Assembly: GCA_964438585.1 (NCBI GenBank)
Contig: CAYTLD010000001.1
Coordinates: forward strand, 1 to 38,117
DNA length: 38,117 nt
Source: an uncultured Blastochloridaceae bacterium
Lineage (GTDB): Bacteria > Verrucomicrobiota > Verrucomicrobiia > Methylacidiphilales > JBCBYL01
Direction of reading: 5' to 3'
Shown here: positions 1-9,793 of the stretch, in pieces
Layout: each line of letters starts with the position of its first letter
Position numbering within the stretch: position 1 is the stretch's first letter
The notes under the pieces: generated by a model
The model's database searches: none
What the model saw: only the letters and a program-made list of their open reading frames with translations
What the model was told of the DNA's origin: nothing
Program-made: the position numbers and the translations under genes

Positions 1-87
1 TGTCAGTGGTAACGTAGGAATTCGCTCACTGTCCCTTAATTGCGGTGCGTTATCATCATGTGTAAGCCCCAGTTGCGGGGTTGACTC

Positions 88-306
88 TTGCGGGATTTAC
101 GGGAACTTAAGTGCATGAGTCGCAATCAAGTCATGGGAGCCCTGATGGCCCTGAAGGGTGCCGGTTTGGTCGGCACGTTTACTTTTATTGAAGGCATCCG
201 ATTTTTTGATGACTGGCCCAGCACCTTTATCATCTGGCCCCTGCTGTTGATCGGGTTTCTACTGATTGCGGTAGGCCTGGGGGTTATCTCCGCCCACGAG
301 AAATAG
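88..306 (+). CDS. small hypothetical membrane protein (two hydrophobic segments)
   Basis: 72-aa ORF with a TTG start per the track and an alternative ATG at 115. Two hydrophobic stretches (GALMALKGAGLVGTF; IIWPLLLIGFLLIAVGLGVI). Followed by a hairpin plus T-tract at 312-340. No family recognised. Confidence 0.35.
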   Translation: MRDLRELKCMSRNQVMGALMALKGAGLVGTFTFIEGIRFFDDWPSTFIIWPLLLIGFLLIAVGLGVISAHEK

Positions 307-311
307 TTCCC

Positions 312-340
312 GTCCGGGTTAAGCCCAGACATTTTTCTTT
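312..340 (+). terminator. possible intrinsic terminator
   Basis: GTCcGGG ttaag CCCaGAC (6 bp plus one mismatch) is followed directly by ATTTTTCTTT. It lies just downstream of the 88-306 ORF. Confidence 0.35.
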
Positions 341-410
341 CCATGCGGCCCTGCGAGGCTAATGTGGTAGGTCTATCTCAAACCACAAATAACATATAAG
401 GATATCATCA

Positions 411-1679
411 ATGAAATTAGAAACGATTTGTCTTCATGGCGGCCAGGAACCCGATCCGGTGACTCATTCACGGGCGGTGCCGCTTTACCGCACCAGTTCC
501 TATGTCTTCAAGGACACTGAACATGCTGCCAACCTCTTTGGCCTCAAGGAACTGGGTAATATTTACACCCGGCTCATGAATCCCACGCATGATGTCCTCG
601 AAAAGCGCATGGCTCAACTCGACGGTGGTGCGGCCGCACTGGCCGTCGCGTCCGGAACCAGCGGAGCCTTCTATGCCATCATCAATATTTGCCAGCAGGG
701 TGACGAAATCGTTTCCGCTAATAATCTTTACGGAGGCACCTTCACCCAATTCAACGACATCATGCCCCAGTTCGGCATCCGGGTGCACATGGTCGATCCC
801 AATGACCCGGAAAATTTCCGCAAGGCCATCACTCCAAAGACCAAGGCCCTCTTCTGTGAGACGGTCAGCAATCCGGGCCTGGATGTTGCCGATCTGGAAG
901 CGATCTCCGCCATTGCCCACGAGAATGGCATCCCGCTTATTGTCGATGGAACTTTTACCACGCCATTCCTCTGTCGTCCGATCGAGCACGGGGCCGACGT
1001 GGTTGTTTACTCCCTGACCAAATGGCTGGGTGGACACGGCATCGGCATTGGTGGAGTAGTGGTTGATTCCGGAAAGTTCAATTGGAAGGGCGATAAATTC
1101 CCTCTCATGAATGAACCTGAAGCCAGCTACCATGGCATCCGCTGGGCCCATGACCTACCAGACATGCTCGCGCCGATCGCTTACATCCTCCGCATGCGGG
1201 TCATCCCGCTCCGCAATCTTGGAGCCTGTATCAGCCCTGATAATGCCTGGATGTTCCTGCAGGGAATCGAGACCCTGCCGGTGCGGATGGAACGTCACTG
1301 TGACAACGCCCTCGCGGTTGCCCGGCACTTGAAGAGCCATGCCGCCGTCGAGTGGGTCCGCTACCCGCTCTTGGATGACAAGGAGAAGTGCGATAAGTAT
1401 CTTGATGGCAAGGGCGGCGCGATGGTTGTTTTCGGAATTAAAGGTGGCAAAGAGGCCGGATCGAAATTTATTGAATCGCTCAAGCTCTTCTCGCACCTCG
1501 CTAACGTCGGGGATGCCAAGAGCCTGGCTATTCATCCGGCAACCACCACCCATTCGCAGATGACCGAGGATCAGCAGAATGCCGGAGGCATTAAGCCGGA
1601 ACTGGTTCGTCTTTCTGTAGGAATCGAGCACATCGACGACATCATTGCCGACCTGGATCAAGCACTGGCAGGTAGTTAA
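411..1679 (+). CDS. metY: O-acetylhomoserine sulfhydrylase (PLP-dependent Cys/Met-metabolism family)
   Basis: 422 aa. The N-terminus (ETICLHGGQEPDP...AVPLYRTSSYVF) and the PLP-lysine context YSLTKWLGGHG are typical of MetY/Met17-type enzymes. It sits next to a metX-like gene. Confidence 0.9.
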   Translation: MKLETICLHGGQEPDPVTHSRAVPLYRTSSYVFKDTEHAANLFGLKELGNIYTRLMNPTHDVLEKRMAQLDGGAAALAVASGTSGAFYAIINICQQGDEIVSANNLYGGTFTQFNDIMPQFGIRVHMVDPNDPENFRKAITPKTKALFCETVSNPGLDVADLEAISAIAHENGIPLIVDGTFTTPFLCRPIEHGADVVVYSLTKWLGGHGIGIGGVVVDSGKFNWKGDKFPLMNEPEASYHGIRWAHDLPDMLAPIAYILRMRVIPLRNLGACISPDNAWMFLQGIETLPVRMERHCDNALAVARHLKSHAAVEWVRYPLLDDKEKCDKYLDGKGGAMVVFGIKGGKEAGSKFIESLKLFSHLANVGDAKSLAIHPATTTHSQMTEDQQNAGGIKPELVRLSVGIEHIDDIIADLDQALAGS

Positions 1680-1763
1680 AGTTATTCCTACCGCTACTCT
1701 CATTCAGGAGGGAGTGGGCGGAAGTGCTGGAGTGGTGGAAAGAGGAAAAGGCGATAAAACGAC

Positions 1764-2930
1764 GTGGAATCGACAGTCAAATTCATTGAACTCGTTCCCG
1801 AGGGGGAAACACTCACTCTCCGCGACGGGAAGTTACCTGGACCGGTGACGTTGGCCTACAACGAGTATGGTCAACTAAACGAGCAGAAGGACAACGCCAT
1901 CGTCCTCTTTCACGCCTTGTCAGGAAGTTCTCACGCAGCCGGAACCTGCACCCGTAATGACCGGGCTGGCTCCCGCTGGACCGAGGAAGTGCACCACGGC
2001 TGGTGGGACGACTTTATTGGCCCGGGCAAGGCGCTGGATACGGATCGGTATTACGTGATCTGCATGAACTACCTTGGCGGTTGCTATGGATCCACCGGTC
2101 CCTCGGATATCGACCCGGCCACCGGAAAGCCCTACGGCAGCCGCTTTCCGAGGGTGCTGGCGGAAGACCAGGTCACGGCTCAAGCGGCACTGCTGGACCG
2201 GCTCGGGGTGGAGAAATGTCATGCCGTTATTGGAGTCAGTGTGGGTGCCCTGCTGGCCGTGAGTTTTTCCACCCTTTTCCCAAACCGGGTTAAATTGGTT
2301 GTGCCCATCGCGGGAGGATTCAAGACATCGGTCCTGAACCGGTTGCTGCTTTTCGAGCAGATTCTCGCCATAGAAAATGACCCCCAATTCCAGAGCGGTG
2401 ACTACTACGAATCCGGGCAGCCCTCCTACGGCATGGCCCTAGCCCGTATGATTTCTCATAAGACCTTCATTCACCTCGACGCCATCGAGCAGCGCTCCAG
2501 CCGGATGGTGAAGCAGCAGGAGGACAATTTCGCCTGGTTCAAAATTCGCGACAGCGTTCAGTCCTACATGATTTATCAGGGCAAGAAATTCGTCGACCGC
2601 TTTGATGCCAATACCTACCTGCGGATCTGCGACCTCTGGAGCAGCTACGACCCCGTCGCTGATGCGGGTAAGCAGGATCCGGTTGACGTGTTTGCCCCCT
2701 GCCGGGTACAGGAACAGCAGTATCTCATTTTTTCAATCGATTCGGATTTCTGTTTTTACCCGGAAGAGCAGCAGGCACTGGAAGATTATCTCAAACAAGC
2801 CGGGGTCTCTGTGATGCGGATAACCGTCCACTCGGAAAAAGGACACGATTCCTTCCTGCTCGAGCCCGAACTCTTCACGCCCCACCTGGATCATTTCCTG
2901 CGCTCCTCGAAAATGTGGCTGAGGAAGTGA
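1764..2930 (+). CDS. metX: homoserine O-acetyltransferase
   Basis: 388 aa with a GTG start. Alpha/beta-hydrolase fold with nucleophile elbow G-V-S-V-G (VIGVSVGALLA). N-terminal LAYNEYGQLN and HALSGSSH patterns are typical of MetX. Lies downstream of metY. Confidence 0.9.
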   Translation: MESTVKFIELVPEGETLTLRDGKLPGPVTLAYNEYGQLNEQKDNAIVLFHALSGSSHAAGTCTRNDRAGSRWTEEVHHGWWDDFIGPGKALDTDRYYVICMNYLGGCYGSTGPSDIDPATGKPYGSRFPRVLAEDQVTAQAALLDRLGVEKCHAVIGVSVGALLAVSFSTLFPNRVKLVVPIAGGFKTSVLNRLLLFEQILAIENDPQFQSGDYYESGQPSYGMALARMISHKTFIHLDAIEQRSSRMVKQQEDNFAWFKIRDSVQSYMIYQGKKFVDRFDANTYLRICDLWSSYDPVADAGKQDPVDVFAPCRVQEQQYLIFSIDSDFCFYPEEQQALEDYLKQAGVSVMRITVHSEKGHDSFLLEPELFTPHLDHFLRSSKMWLRK

Positions 2931-2958
2931 AGCGATGGACAAGTCCATCTTCTCTGCT

Positions 2959-2990
2959 CGAACCCGGCAGAGACGGCGCTCTGCCCTCCA
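2959..2990. repeat. 32-bp hairpin-containing repeat, copy 1
   Basis: CGAACCCGGCAGAGACGGCGCTCTGCCCTCCA. It contains the stem GGCAGAG/CTCTGCC with a 6-nt loop. It recurs 110 bp downstream with one loop substitution. Confidence 0.7.
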
Positions 2991-3068
2991 CGTCTTTTCA
3001 CCCTGCCACGTGGAGGGAGGATCTTCCTCCTACGCCAAGGCTTCGGCGGACAGGCCGCATCCTCCGCC

Positions 3069-3100
3069 CGAACCCGGCAGAGACGGCACTCTGCCCTCCA
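3069..3100. repeat. 32-bp hairpin-containing repeat, copy 2 (flanked by a 10-bp direct duplication)
   Basis: CGAACCCGGCAGAGACGGCACTCTGCCCTCCA. ATCCTCCGCC is present at 3059-3068 and again at 3102-3111, on either side of the copy. Confidence 0.7.
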
Positions 3101-3116
3101 TATCCTCCGCCTGAGG

Positions 3117-5075
3117 TTAATCCTCATCGAGCCAATGCAGTGCATAGGGCTGGAGGGTATGGATGCCTCCAGTCGAGATGATTTCTCCTGTAAATCGATC
3201 CTTTAGATAGTGGGCCAGGCCCAGAACCCGGAATTCCCGGAGATCCACGTCCTGGGGAAATTCAGAAAAATTGGCCAGCACGATGAGCATCAACCCGTCG
3301 TGTTTACGAAGAAACGCAAGGACATGCTCATTGGCGGCGGGGAGCAGAGTCATGATATTACCGGCAATGGCGTGGGTGTCTTTCCGCATGGCAAAAATAC
3401 TTTTCAACTGTTGATAGACCCGCCCGCGGACGGAGTGAGGGTCCAGAAGTTCGTCGAGCTGATCCCACTCCATGCGGGGGCGATGAACCCAGCGTGAGTC
3501 GTCCATCTGATCCGGGTTTTTCTGGAAGGAATAATCATTGAGGGCACCGAATTCTTCGCCCAGAAATATAATCGGTATGCCTCCGATGCTGCAGAGCACC
3601 CCGTAGAGCATACGGATTCTCAGGATGGCTAGATCAATGAGTTGGTTATCCTCTTTTTGGATCGCGTCTTCGAGCCCCGCGAGCGAGGCCATCGTTCCAC
3701 TGATCCGCATGTCACCGGTGTCCGGATTATGCTGGAAGGGGAGACCGACAGCGAAGGAGCCGGAGAATGCGCCGGTGAAAAATTGGTTAAGGAAATGCCG
3801 GTGATCCTGAGGGTTGGTGCCGGTAGCCCAGCAATCGGCATCGTCGAAGGACCACCCGATGTCATCATGCCCGCGCAGGTAGTTGACCCAACTGGTTCCC
3901 TCGCTGAGATTGAAGTGCCGCTGTAGCGACCTCTCGAGCAGGGCCACTTTCCGGGTGGCGATACTTTCCCAGAGCAGTGCCATCAGGGTCGGGTTATAGG
4001 AAATCTGGCATTCTTCCCGGGAAATGTAGCGGGAGACTTCATCGGGGTGGACGATGGCCTCCGACTTAAAGACCAGCCCGGGAGCGGCAATTCGGCAGAC
4101 CGCATTGAAGGCGCGTATGAGCAGGTGGGCCTCCGGGAGGTTTTCGCAGACCGTCCCCAGTTGCTTCCAGGTGAAAGCGACCGCATCCAGCCTGAGCATT
4201 TCCACACCGGTATTGGCCAGGAAAAGCATTTCGGAGGCCATGGCCCGGAACACTTCCGGGTTGTCGTAATTGAGGTCCCACTGAAATGAATTAAACGTGG
4301 TCCAAACCCAGCGTTGCATGCCATTATGCCAGGTGAAGCTACCCCGCCGCACGGCAGGAAAAATTTCCCGGAGGTAAATTTCATACCGATCCGGCAGGGT
4401 CCGGTCGGGGAAGGTGCGGTAGTAATTCAGGTATTCCCGGTCTCCCTCCTGAGCCCGGATGGCCCAGGAATGCTCATCCGAGGTGTGGTTGAAAACAAAA
4501 TCGAGGACCAGGGAAATGCCGGCCTCACGGAGATCATGGGAGAGGGCTCGCAGGTCATCCATGGTGCCGAGACGGGGGTCGATCGTCCGGTAGTCACTGA
4601 TGGCGTAGCCGCCATCGTTGTTTCCCTCCGGGGTGGAAAAAGGGGGCATGAGGTGCAGGTAGGTGAGACCGAGTTCCTTCAGGTAGGGAACCCGGGTTCG
4701 GAGGGTGGGGAGATCACCGGAAAAAAGACGGACGTAAAGCGAGCCGCCGATCATGCGCTCGGATAGATACCAGTTCGGATTGTTTTCACGGCGCCGATCC
4801 AGTTCGAGCAGCTCCGGCGGACGCTCCAGCCAGCAGTCGATGGCGGTGAGGAGAATATTTTCCAGATAATAGAAGAAATCATAGTGATGTCCGTAGAGAC
4901 GGTGCAGCAATCCGAAGAGCTTCATCCAGTGCTCCTGCAAACGGGCTTCAATCGTTTCCCCGAGCATCTCGATCTCAGGCTCTGGACGTCCGGTGGCCTG
5001 TATTCTGGACAGGATACGCGGGACAAGCTTCTTAAGTGAGCGTTCCGCCTCAAAGGGCAGATCGAATTCAGTCAT
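3117..5075 (-). CDS. GH13 amylosucrase-like sucrose-utilising glucanotransferase (GH13_4-type)
   Basis: All four GH13 conserved regions are in amylosucrase-like form: [46 protein letters not shown] and [14 protein letters not shown] place the start at ATG 5075 (MTEFDL..., 652 aa). The track start at 5159 would overlap the upstream gene by 92 nt. Confidence 0.85.
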   Translation of the reverse strand: MTEFDLPFEAERSLKKLVPRILSRIQATGRPEPEIEMLGETIEARLQEHWMKLFGLLHRLYGHHYDFFYYLENILLTAIDCWLERPPELLELDRRRENNPNWYLSERMIGGSLYVRLFSGDLPTLRTRVPYLKELGLTYLHLMPPFSTPEGNNDGGYAISDYRTIDPRLGTMDDLRALSHDLREAGISLVLDFVFNHTSDEHSWAIRAQEGDREYLNYYRTFPDRTLPDRYEIYLREIFPAVRRGSFTWHNGMQRWVWTTFNSFQWDLNYDNPEVFRAMASEMLFLANTGVEMLRLDAVAFTWKQLGTVCENLPEAHLLIRAFNAVCRIAAPGLVFKSEAIVHPDEVSRYISREECQISYNPTLMALLWESIATRKVALLERSLQRHFNLSEGTSWVNYLRGHDDIGWSFDDADCWATGTNPQDHRHFLNQFFTGAFSGSFAVGLPFQHNPDTGDMRISGTMASLAGLEDAIQKEDNQLIDLAILRIRMLYGVLCSIGGIPIIFLGEEFGALNDYSFQKNPDQMDDSRWVHRPRMEWDQLDELLDPHSVRGRVYQQLKSIFAMRKDTHAIAGNIMTLLPAANEHVLAFLRKHDGLMLIVLANFSEFPQDVDLREFRVLGLAHYLKDRFTGEIISTGGIHTLQPYALHWLDED

Positions 5076-7239
5076 CCGGTTCTTCCGACTTGTCATTCGG
5101 TATGGTGATGTGGTCGAGGAAGTTGTAGTAGTGAATGCCTTCAATAATCCCGGCCGCATGGCACGCTTCGGCGAAATAGACGCGCGGATATCCTCTCAGC
5201 ATTTCCAGCTCCTGACTGTAATTTCCGACCACCACGCCCAGGGTGTTTCCTGAGAGCATTCCGGCATCATTTCCGGAATCCCCGGCGATGAGGATTTGTC
5301 CCATGGGGATATCCCACTTGAAGGCAATATGACGGATACTCAACCCGCTTCCGGCCCGGGAGGGAATGATGTCCAGGTACATATCGTGAGAAAGTACGGT
5401 TTTTACCTTTAATTTATGCTGACGGAGGAGGCGTTTGATTTGTGACTGATTGGGAGCCTTTTCCAGATCGATCTTGTAGCTGAGTTTGAAAAAGGACTGA
5501 TCCTCATCTTCCGGGTAGTAGAGGCCGTCTAGTCCGTCGAGAACATTCTTGGTTTTCTCCCGGTTCCAGCCATAGCCGATGTGGTTCTGCCAACTGCGGT
5601 CGAGGGTGATGTTCTTCCCATAGTAGATTTCAGTTCCGACTGCCGTGATGAGCACTTCCGGCTGAGGCATATCGTAGTCGTCCATGAGGGCTTTGACGGT
5701 TTCAAAGCGGCGCCCTGTGGCGATGCCGAACCCTACATGCTCCTCGGTCTGGCTGATAAGATCGAAAAATTGTTTCATGGCCTCATCGTCTCCGGTCAGG
5801 GTGTTGTCGATATCGGCAATGATCAGGCGGTCGACATGGTGCAGGCGGCGCATCCGCCGGGAGGCGGTCACGGGCATGGGATTGTCTGCCTTCTCGACAA
5901 TTTCCAGGATATCGCGCAGATAGCGTTGGCAGTGCCGCTCCCAGGAGTAGTGGCGGTGCACGTTTTCGAGTCCGCTGGCTGAGAAGGATTCCCAGGCGCC
6001 AGGCTCGATGAGGATGTGGACCAGTGCTTTTTCGATTTCCCTGGGGTCGAAGGGATTGACCAGAATGCCATTCCGGCAGTTGGCGATGATGTCATTGGGG
6101 CCGCCGTCGTTGGTGGCCACGATCGGGACACCGCTAGCGGCTGCTTCCAGAAGGGTGAGGCCAAAGGGCTCGGTCATGGCCGGGTTAATAAAGATACCTC
6201 GTGAGCGGGTGATGGCCCGGTAGAGTGCAGGAACTTCATCCGGCTGGTGTTGCTTGGGATAGGCGACTTTTCCGTAAAGGTTGTGCACATCGATCAGGGT
6301 CAGGGTGTTGGTCAGAACGGTTCGCTGACCAGAGGGCATGATGCGGATGTCATCGCGGCAACCCATAATCAGAACCAGGTTGGCCAGACGCTGGAGTTCG
6401 TGCGACTCCCCATACGTTTTGACCAGCATTTCCAGGTTCTTCCGCTCATCCGGACGGGCCATGGCCACGATCATTGGCTTGTCCGGATCATCGAGAAAGC
6501 GCCTGATTTCCTGAAGAAGTTGGGGATTTTCCTCCTCCTCTCTGGGGGGATGGAACGAGGTCAGATCCACCCCGGGAGGGATAACTTCCATCCGCTCCGG
6601 CAGGTACTGTTCATAGCGCTCGTATTGCTCTTTCACCTCCTGGTGGGTGCTGGTGACGATCAGGGAGCAGGTATCGAGGGCGAATTCCTCCGCCTCGATG
6701 CGGGTGGAGAGGTTGTAATTTTTCTCGATCTTTCCCTCGCTGGCACCGGACTCGATAAGACGCTCTTTTTTAATTCTCCCCAGTGAATGTCCGGTAAAGA
6801 CAAAGGGCACGCCGAGGAGACGGGCGATTTGACCCCCTCCATACCCGGCGTCCGCGTAATGCCCGTGGATAATGTCGGGGACGCGTTGCGTGCGCTTAAA
6901 ATAGTTCAGACATTCATCGACAAATACATCGAGATAGGGCCAGAGCTTGGTCTTGCTTAAGTAGCGTTTCGGGCCGAAGGGGATGCGGACGATATAGGCA
7001 TCATCACCAATGCGTTCATCGAGACGCGCGTAATCATCCGAGACCCGGCTGTCGATAATCTGGCGGGTAATGAGTTCGACTTTTCCGACTTCCGGTTGCT
7101 GTGCCAGTGTCCGGGCCAGTTCGATTACATAGCGTGTCTGCCCGCCGGTATCTTCATCGCGCCCCAGTTCCGGATTTACCCCGCGGATGAGCCCATGAAG
7201 ACTGATAAGGGCAATTCGTAAATCTCCTGAATCTGACAT
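5068..7239 (-). CDS. sucrose-phosphate synthase (GT-B/GT4) fused to a sucrose-phosphatase-like HAD domain
   Basis: 723 aa. The N-terminal GT-B part carries an E-x7-E motif ([20 protein letters not shown]). The C-terminal part carries HAD motifs DIDNTL, ATGR and GDSGND. The architecture matches cyanobacterial-type SPS. Confidence 0.85.
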   Translation of the reverse strand: MSDSGDLRIALISLHGLIRGVNPELGRDEDTGGQTRYVIELARTLAQQPEVGKVELITRQIIDSRVSDDYARLDERIGDDAYIVRIPFGPKRYLSKTKLWPYLDVFVDECLNYFKRTQRVPDIIHGHYADAGYGGGQIARLLGVPFVFTGHSLGRIKKERLIESGASEGKIEKNYNLSTRIEAEEFALDTCSLIVTSTHQEVKEQYERYEQYLPERMEVIPPGVDLTSFHPPREEEENPQLLQEIRRFLDDPDKPMIVAMARPDERKNLEMLVKTYGESHELQRLANLVLIMGCRDDIRIMPSGQRTVLTNTLTLIDVHNLYGKVAYPKQHQPDEVPALYRAITRSRGIFINPAMTEPFGLTLLEAAASGVPIVATNDGGPNDIIANCRNGILVNPFDPREIEKALVHILIEPGAWESFSASGLENVHRHYSWERHCQRYLRDILEIVEKADNPMPVTASRRMRRLHHVDRLIIADIDNTLTGDDEAMKQFFDLISQTEEHVGFGIATGRRFETVKALMDDYDMPQPEVLITAVGTEIYYGKNITLDRSWQNHIGYGWNREKTKNVLDGLDGLYYPEDEDQSFFKLSYKIDLEKAPNQSQIKRLLRQHKLKVKTVLSHDMYLDIIPSRAGSGLSIRHIAFKWDIPMGQILIAGDSGNDAGMLSGNTLGVVVGNYSQELEMLRGYPRVYFAEACHAAGIIEGIHYYNFLDHITIPNDKSEEPDD

Positions 7240-7482
7240 CTAAGGAAGATAGCATTAATCTCACCAAGAAAAAAGCCGAAACCGGATACCCTCTCAACCA
7301 ACCCTTTGCGATAACGTGAGCACTATTTCTGTGAATAGTCGTCTCCATTGAGACTGCCTATGACGGATTTCTGCCAGTCGATCAGGTCTTTTTTCATGCG
7401 GTCGAGACGCAGGGTCAGTATGCGATGCATGCCCCTATGAATGACGCTTGCAGTGCCGGTTAACTTCTCTAGTGTGGTATAG

Positions 7483-8295
7483 ATGACCAAGATACACGTA
7501 TTGTTACTAGCAGTGATCACCGCTGTTCTCGGAGCCTGCCAGCAGGCCCAGACGGGAACCGATTCCGAAGACTCAACCAACCCCTATTTCCGCCGGGCCA
7601 TGAATTATGAGACGGATCAGAATTACTACTCAGCCATTCAAGAATATGAAAAAGCGCTGATTGCCAACCCCATGGTTTCCAAAGCCCATGTTCAAATGGG
7701 GGTGCTCTACAACGAGAAATTAGGGGATCCCATCAGTGCGATTTATCACTACCAGAAATATTTGAATGCCCGCCCCAATGCCCCCGACCGTGAAAAAGTT
7801 CAATCCTACCTCGATAAGGCTAAGATTGATTTTGCCATCACGCTGCCCAATTCACCCGCCCAGAATGCCGAGGAAATCGCCCGTATCAACCGTGAGAACG
7901 TCGATCTCAAGCAGGCTCTGGCCCAGGCCCAGACTGAACTCTCACGGAAAGAAGATGATATCGCACGGCTTCGCACCTCCGCCGGAGATGCCGCTGCTAC
8001 CGCTCAGAGTTCAGTAACCGATCAGACGGTCGGGCTCGAGGCCGACACCGATGGAGCACGTCTCTCTCTGGGCTCGAACGAGATCAGTGTGAGCACGTCC
8101 ACCAGCGCCCCTGCCGCTGTTCCTGTCGAAAACAAATCTTATACTATCCAAAAAGGCGATAGCCTCTGGAAAATTTCTTCTCAATTTTACCCGGACGACG
8201 TCGCCGGAGGGATAGAAAAAATTAAAACCGCCAACCCTGATAAAGCATCCAATCCTCAAAATCTGAAATTGGGCGATGTCTTGAACATTCCTTAA
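7483..8295 (+). CDS. lipoprotein with TPR-like N-terminal region and C-terminal LysM domain
   Basis: Signal peptide with lipobox LGAC. TPR-like segment (YYSAIQEYEKALIANP...AIYHYQKYL). The C-terminal segment YTIQKGDSLWKISSQFY...LKLGDVLNIP is a typical LysM. Confidence 0.7.
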   Translation: MTKIHVLLLAVITAVLGACQQAQTGTDSEDSTNPYFRRAMNYETDQNYYSAIQEYEKALIANPMVSKAHVQMGVLYNEKLGDPISAIYHYQKYLNARPNAPDREKVQSYLDKAKIDFAITLPNSPAQNAEEIARINRENVDLKQALAQAQTELSRKEDDIARLRTSAGDAAATAQSSVTDQTVGLEADTDGARLSLGSNEISVSTSTSAPAAVPVENKSYTIQKGDSLWKISSQFYPDDVAGGIEKIKTANPDKASNPQNLKLGDVLNIP

Positions 8296-8308
8296 CTCAC
8301 AGGACTCC

Positions 8309-8956
8309 GTGCAATCTATGAATCTTTACCCTCCACAGAATAATGACGATAAAGAGCCGGATCTCTTATCGCCCCCCGGAAAAAGCTCTGTTAGAGCAGA
8401 CGATCAGCCTGTCGAAGATTTAGCCCACGAATTGGCTGAACAGCAGGAACGCCTGCTCCACCTCAAACGTCAGCAGGAGGAAGTCGAAGCCCGTAAGCTG
8501 GAATTGGAAGATCTCTCCCGTCGGCGCGTGGAACTATCCTCAGGTCAGAAAACCATGCGGGAAAAATTCTCCCGCGCCCTCACCGTTCTCGAACGGGCTG
8601 AATTGGACACCCAGCGCGAGATTGAGCAGATCCGACAGACTCGGGAATCTTTTGCCGAGCACTTTGACATCATCGATGCTATCAACCCCAAAGAATGGGG
8701 ACCGAATGAAGTGGATGATGAACTAACCCGCGCCCTCTCTAAAATTGATCATGCCCAGTCGATTTACAGCCAGGCCCGTGCGCGTTTGGATGCCCTCAGT
8801 GATCATGATCTGGATCAGGTGGATGAAGACTATGAGGACGGGGCGGATCCCGGTGACCTGCCCTTTTCAGAACTCCTCCGTCGCGGCTTCGCATTAACAC
8901 TCCCATTGATTATTCTGCTGAGTGTCATTGCCTTCCTCATTTTCATCAAAAGCTGA
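8309..8956 (+). CDS. hypothetical tail-anchored coiled-coil protein
   Basis: 215 aa with a GTG start (alternative ATG at 8318). Charged heptad-rich centre. The single hydrophobic helix lies at the extreme C-terminus (FALTLPLIILLSVIAFLIFIKS-stop). Starts 13 nt after the LysM gene. Confidence 0.55.
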   Translation: MQSMNLYPPQNNDDKEPDLLSPPGKSSVRADDQPVEDLAHELAEQQERLLHLKRQQEEVEARKLELEDLSRRRVELSSGQKTMREKFSRALTVLERAELDTQREIEQIRQTRESFAEHFDIIDAINPKEWGPNEVDDELTRALSKIDHAQSIYSQARARLDALSDHDLDQVDEDYEDGADPGDLPFSELLRRGFALTLPLIILLSVIAFLIFIKS

Positions 8957-8964
8957 GCACCACC

Positions 8965-9273
8965 ATGATGTGGTCGGGAAAAGAACCGGATCCCCTCGCG
9001 CAGGAAATCAAGCGCCTCGAGCGTGAGAAGAAGACTCTCGAACGGCAGGCAGAAATCCTCGAAGAGGAAATGGCCCACCCCATCCTTCAGGAAGAGCGTG
9101 AAATCAACCGGGGTGCCCGTATCCTGCATGAATCGCTCTCCGAACGCGTGGGTCATGTGCCGACCCGAAACCGCCGACGCCTTCGCGCCCAGCAACGTGT
9201 AGCCCGCAATCGCGTCATTGCCGCCCTCCTAATCCTGGCCATCCTCATCATCGTCCTCCTGAAGATACTCTAA
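8965..9273 (+). CDS. hypothetical tail-anchored coiled-coil protein
   Basis: 102 aa. Charged helical N-terminus (EIKRLEREKKTLERQAEILEEE). The single hydrophobic helix lies at the extreme C-terminus (VIAALLILAILIIVLLKIL-stop). Starts 8 nt after the previous gene. Confidence 0.5.
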   Translation: MMWSGKEPDPLAQEIKRLEREKKTLERQAEILEEEMAHPILQEEREINRGARILHESLSERVGHVPTRNRRRLRAQQRVARNRVIAALLILAILIIVLLKIL

Positions 9274-9321
9274 ATTTTCATTGCCCTTAACTCGGAAACG
9301 ATACTATCTTTATAACTTAAT

Positions 9322-9395
9322 GGTGGCCGTAGCTCAGTAGGTAGAGCTCCAGATTGTGGTTCTGGCTGTCGCGGGTTCGAGCCCCGTCGGTCACC
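9322..9395 (+). tRNA. tRNA-His (anticodon GUG)
   Basis: Hand-folded cloverleaf: acceptor GTGGCCG/CGGTCAC, D arm GCTC/GAGC, anticodon arm CCAGA-TTGTGGT-TCTGG, T arm GCGGG-TTCGAGC-CCCGT. The His-specific extra G-1 pairs with C73. CCA is not encoded. Confidence 0.93.
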
Positions 9396-9553
9396 CGTCT
9401 TCGTCCTCCCTCGCCAGAGGCCTCGGAGGACTACGCCGGGCAAGCCCTTCTTCTATTTAAGAATGACAATGAACAACCCAGAGGACAAAGACGCCTGGCA
9501 TAGTTCCTATGAAATCGGCTTGCGAATCCAATATCTCTTCGTAAATTTTATCT

Positions 9554-9793
9554 ATGAATTATCAAACGGTTGAAGTGGATTTGGAAAATGGGACGGTGCG
9601 CGCTCGGGGAACGGAAACCCTTCCAGCGAAGGCGCGTGCGCTACTGACCATCGTCGATCGGGACCTTCCTTTAACCGATGCGGATTCGCAAGGGTCATGG
9701 GCAGACCGGCTTCGACGCTTCAAGGGGATCGGTAGCGGGGAACACACCGATCTCTCCACCAACAAGGCGCATCTTGCTGACCTTGGGCAATGA
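9554..9793 (+). CDS. putative antitoxin of the PIN toxin (VapB-like; DUF104-like N-terminus is a guess)
   Basis: 79 aa. Its stop overlaps the PIN gene start by 4 nt (ATGA). The N-terminus (VEVDLENGTVRARGTETLPAKARALLTIV) resembles short antitoxins that pair with PIN toxins. Confidence 0.55.
   Translation: MNYQTVEVDLENGTVRARGTETLPAKARALLTIVDRDLPLTDADSQGSWADRLRRFKGIGSGEHTDLSTNKAHLADLGQ

Noticed and set aside
307-410. SAM riboswitch upstream of metY (and the 1680-1763 spacer before metX).
   Set aside because: No SAM-I, SAM-II or SAM-IV-like conserved cores are visible by eye. Only a short GTGGT…ACCAC hairpin is present. An Rfam scan is needed to exclude other classes.
468-1151. Long antisense or alternative-frame ORFs opposite well-supported genes. 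Examples: 468-1151(-), 1155-1703(-), 13644-14231(-), 16445-17221(-), 23233-23871(+), 24103-24843(+), 26593-27513(+), 30559-31533(-), 34561-35301(-), 21596-22012(-).
   Set aside because: They are shadow ORFs, typical of GC-rich DNA. Their translations are Arg/Gly/Pro-rich with no recognisable motifs, and each is fully covered by a gene with clear family signatures on the other strand or in another frame.
2891-3181. ORFs 2891-3145(-) and 2915-3181(+) in the metX/amylosucrase spacer.
   Set aside because: Their sequence is Arg/Pro-rich and repeat-derived. They overlap the ends of both flanking genes and the duplicated hairpin modules.
5076-5159. N-terminal extensions of track ORFs. These are amylosucrase to 5159, ABC to 14005, the 448-aa protein to 16824, oppB to 23486, GT2 to 25949, mgtE to 30100, the coiled-coil protein to 32021 and the lipoprotein ORF to 32790.
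   Set aside because: The extensions overlap upstream genes or are low-complexity. Internal ATGs give family-typical N-termini or signal peptides and sensible gene junctions.
7323-7580. 85-aa minus-strand ORF in the SPS/LysM divergent region.
   Set aside because: Its 5' part overlaps the LysM-lipoprotein signal-peptide coding region in antisense. Only the 3' roughly 35 codons are intergenic. No motif or ribosome-binding site is recognisable.
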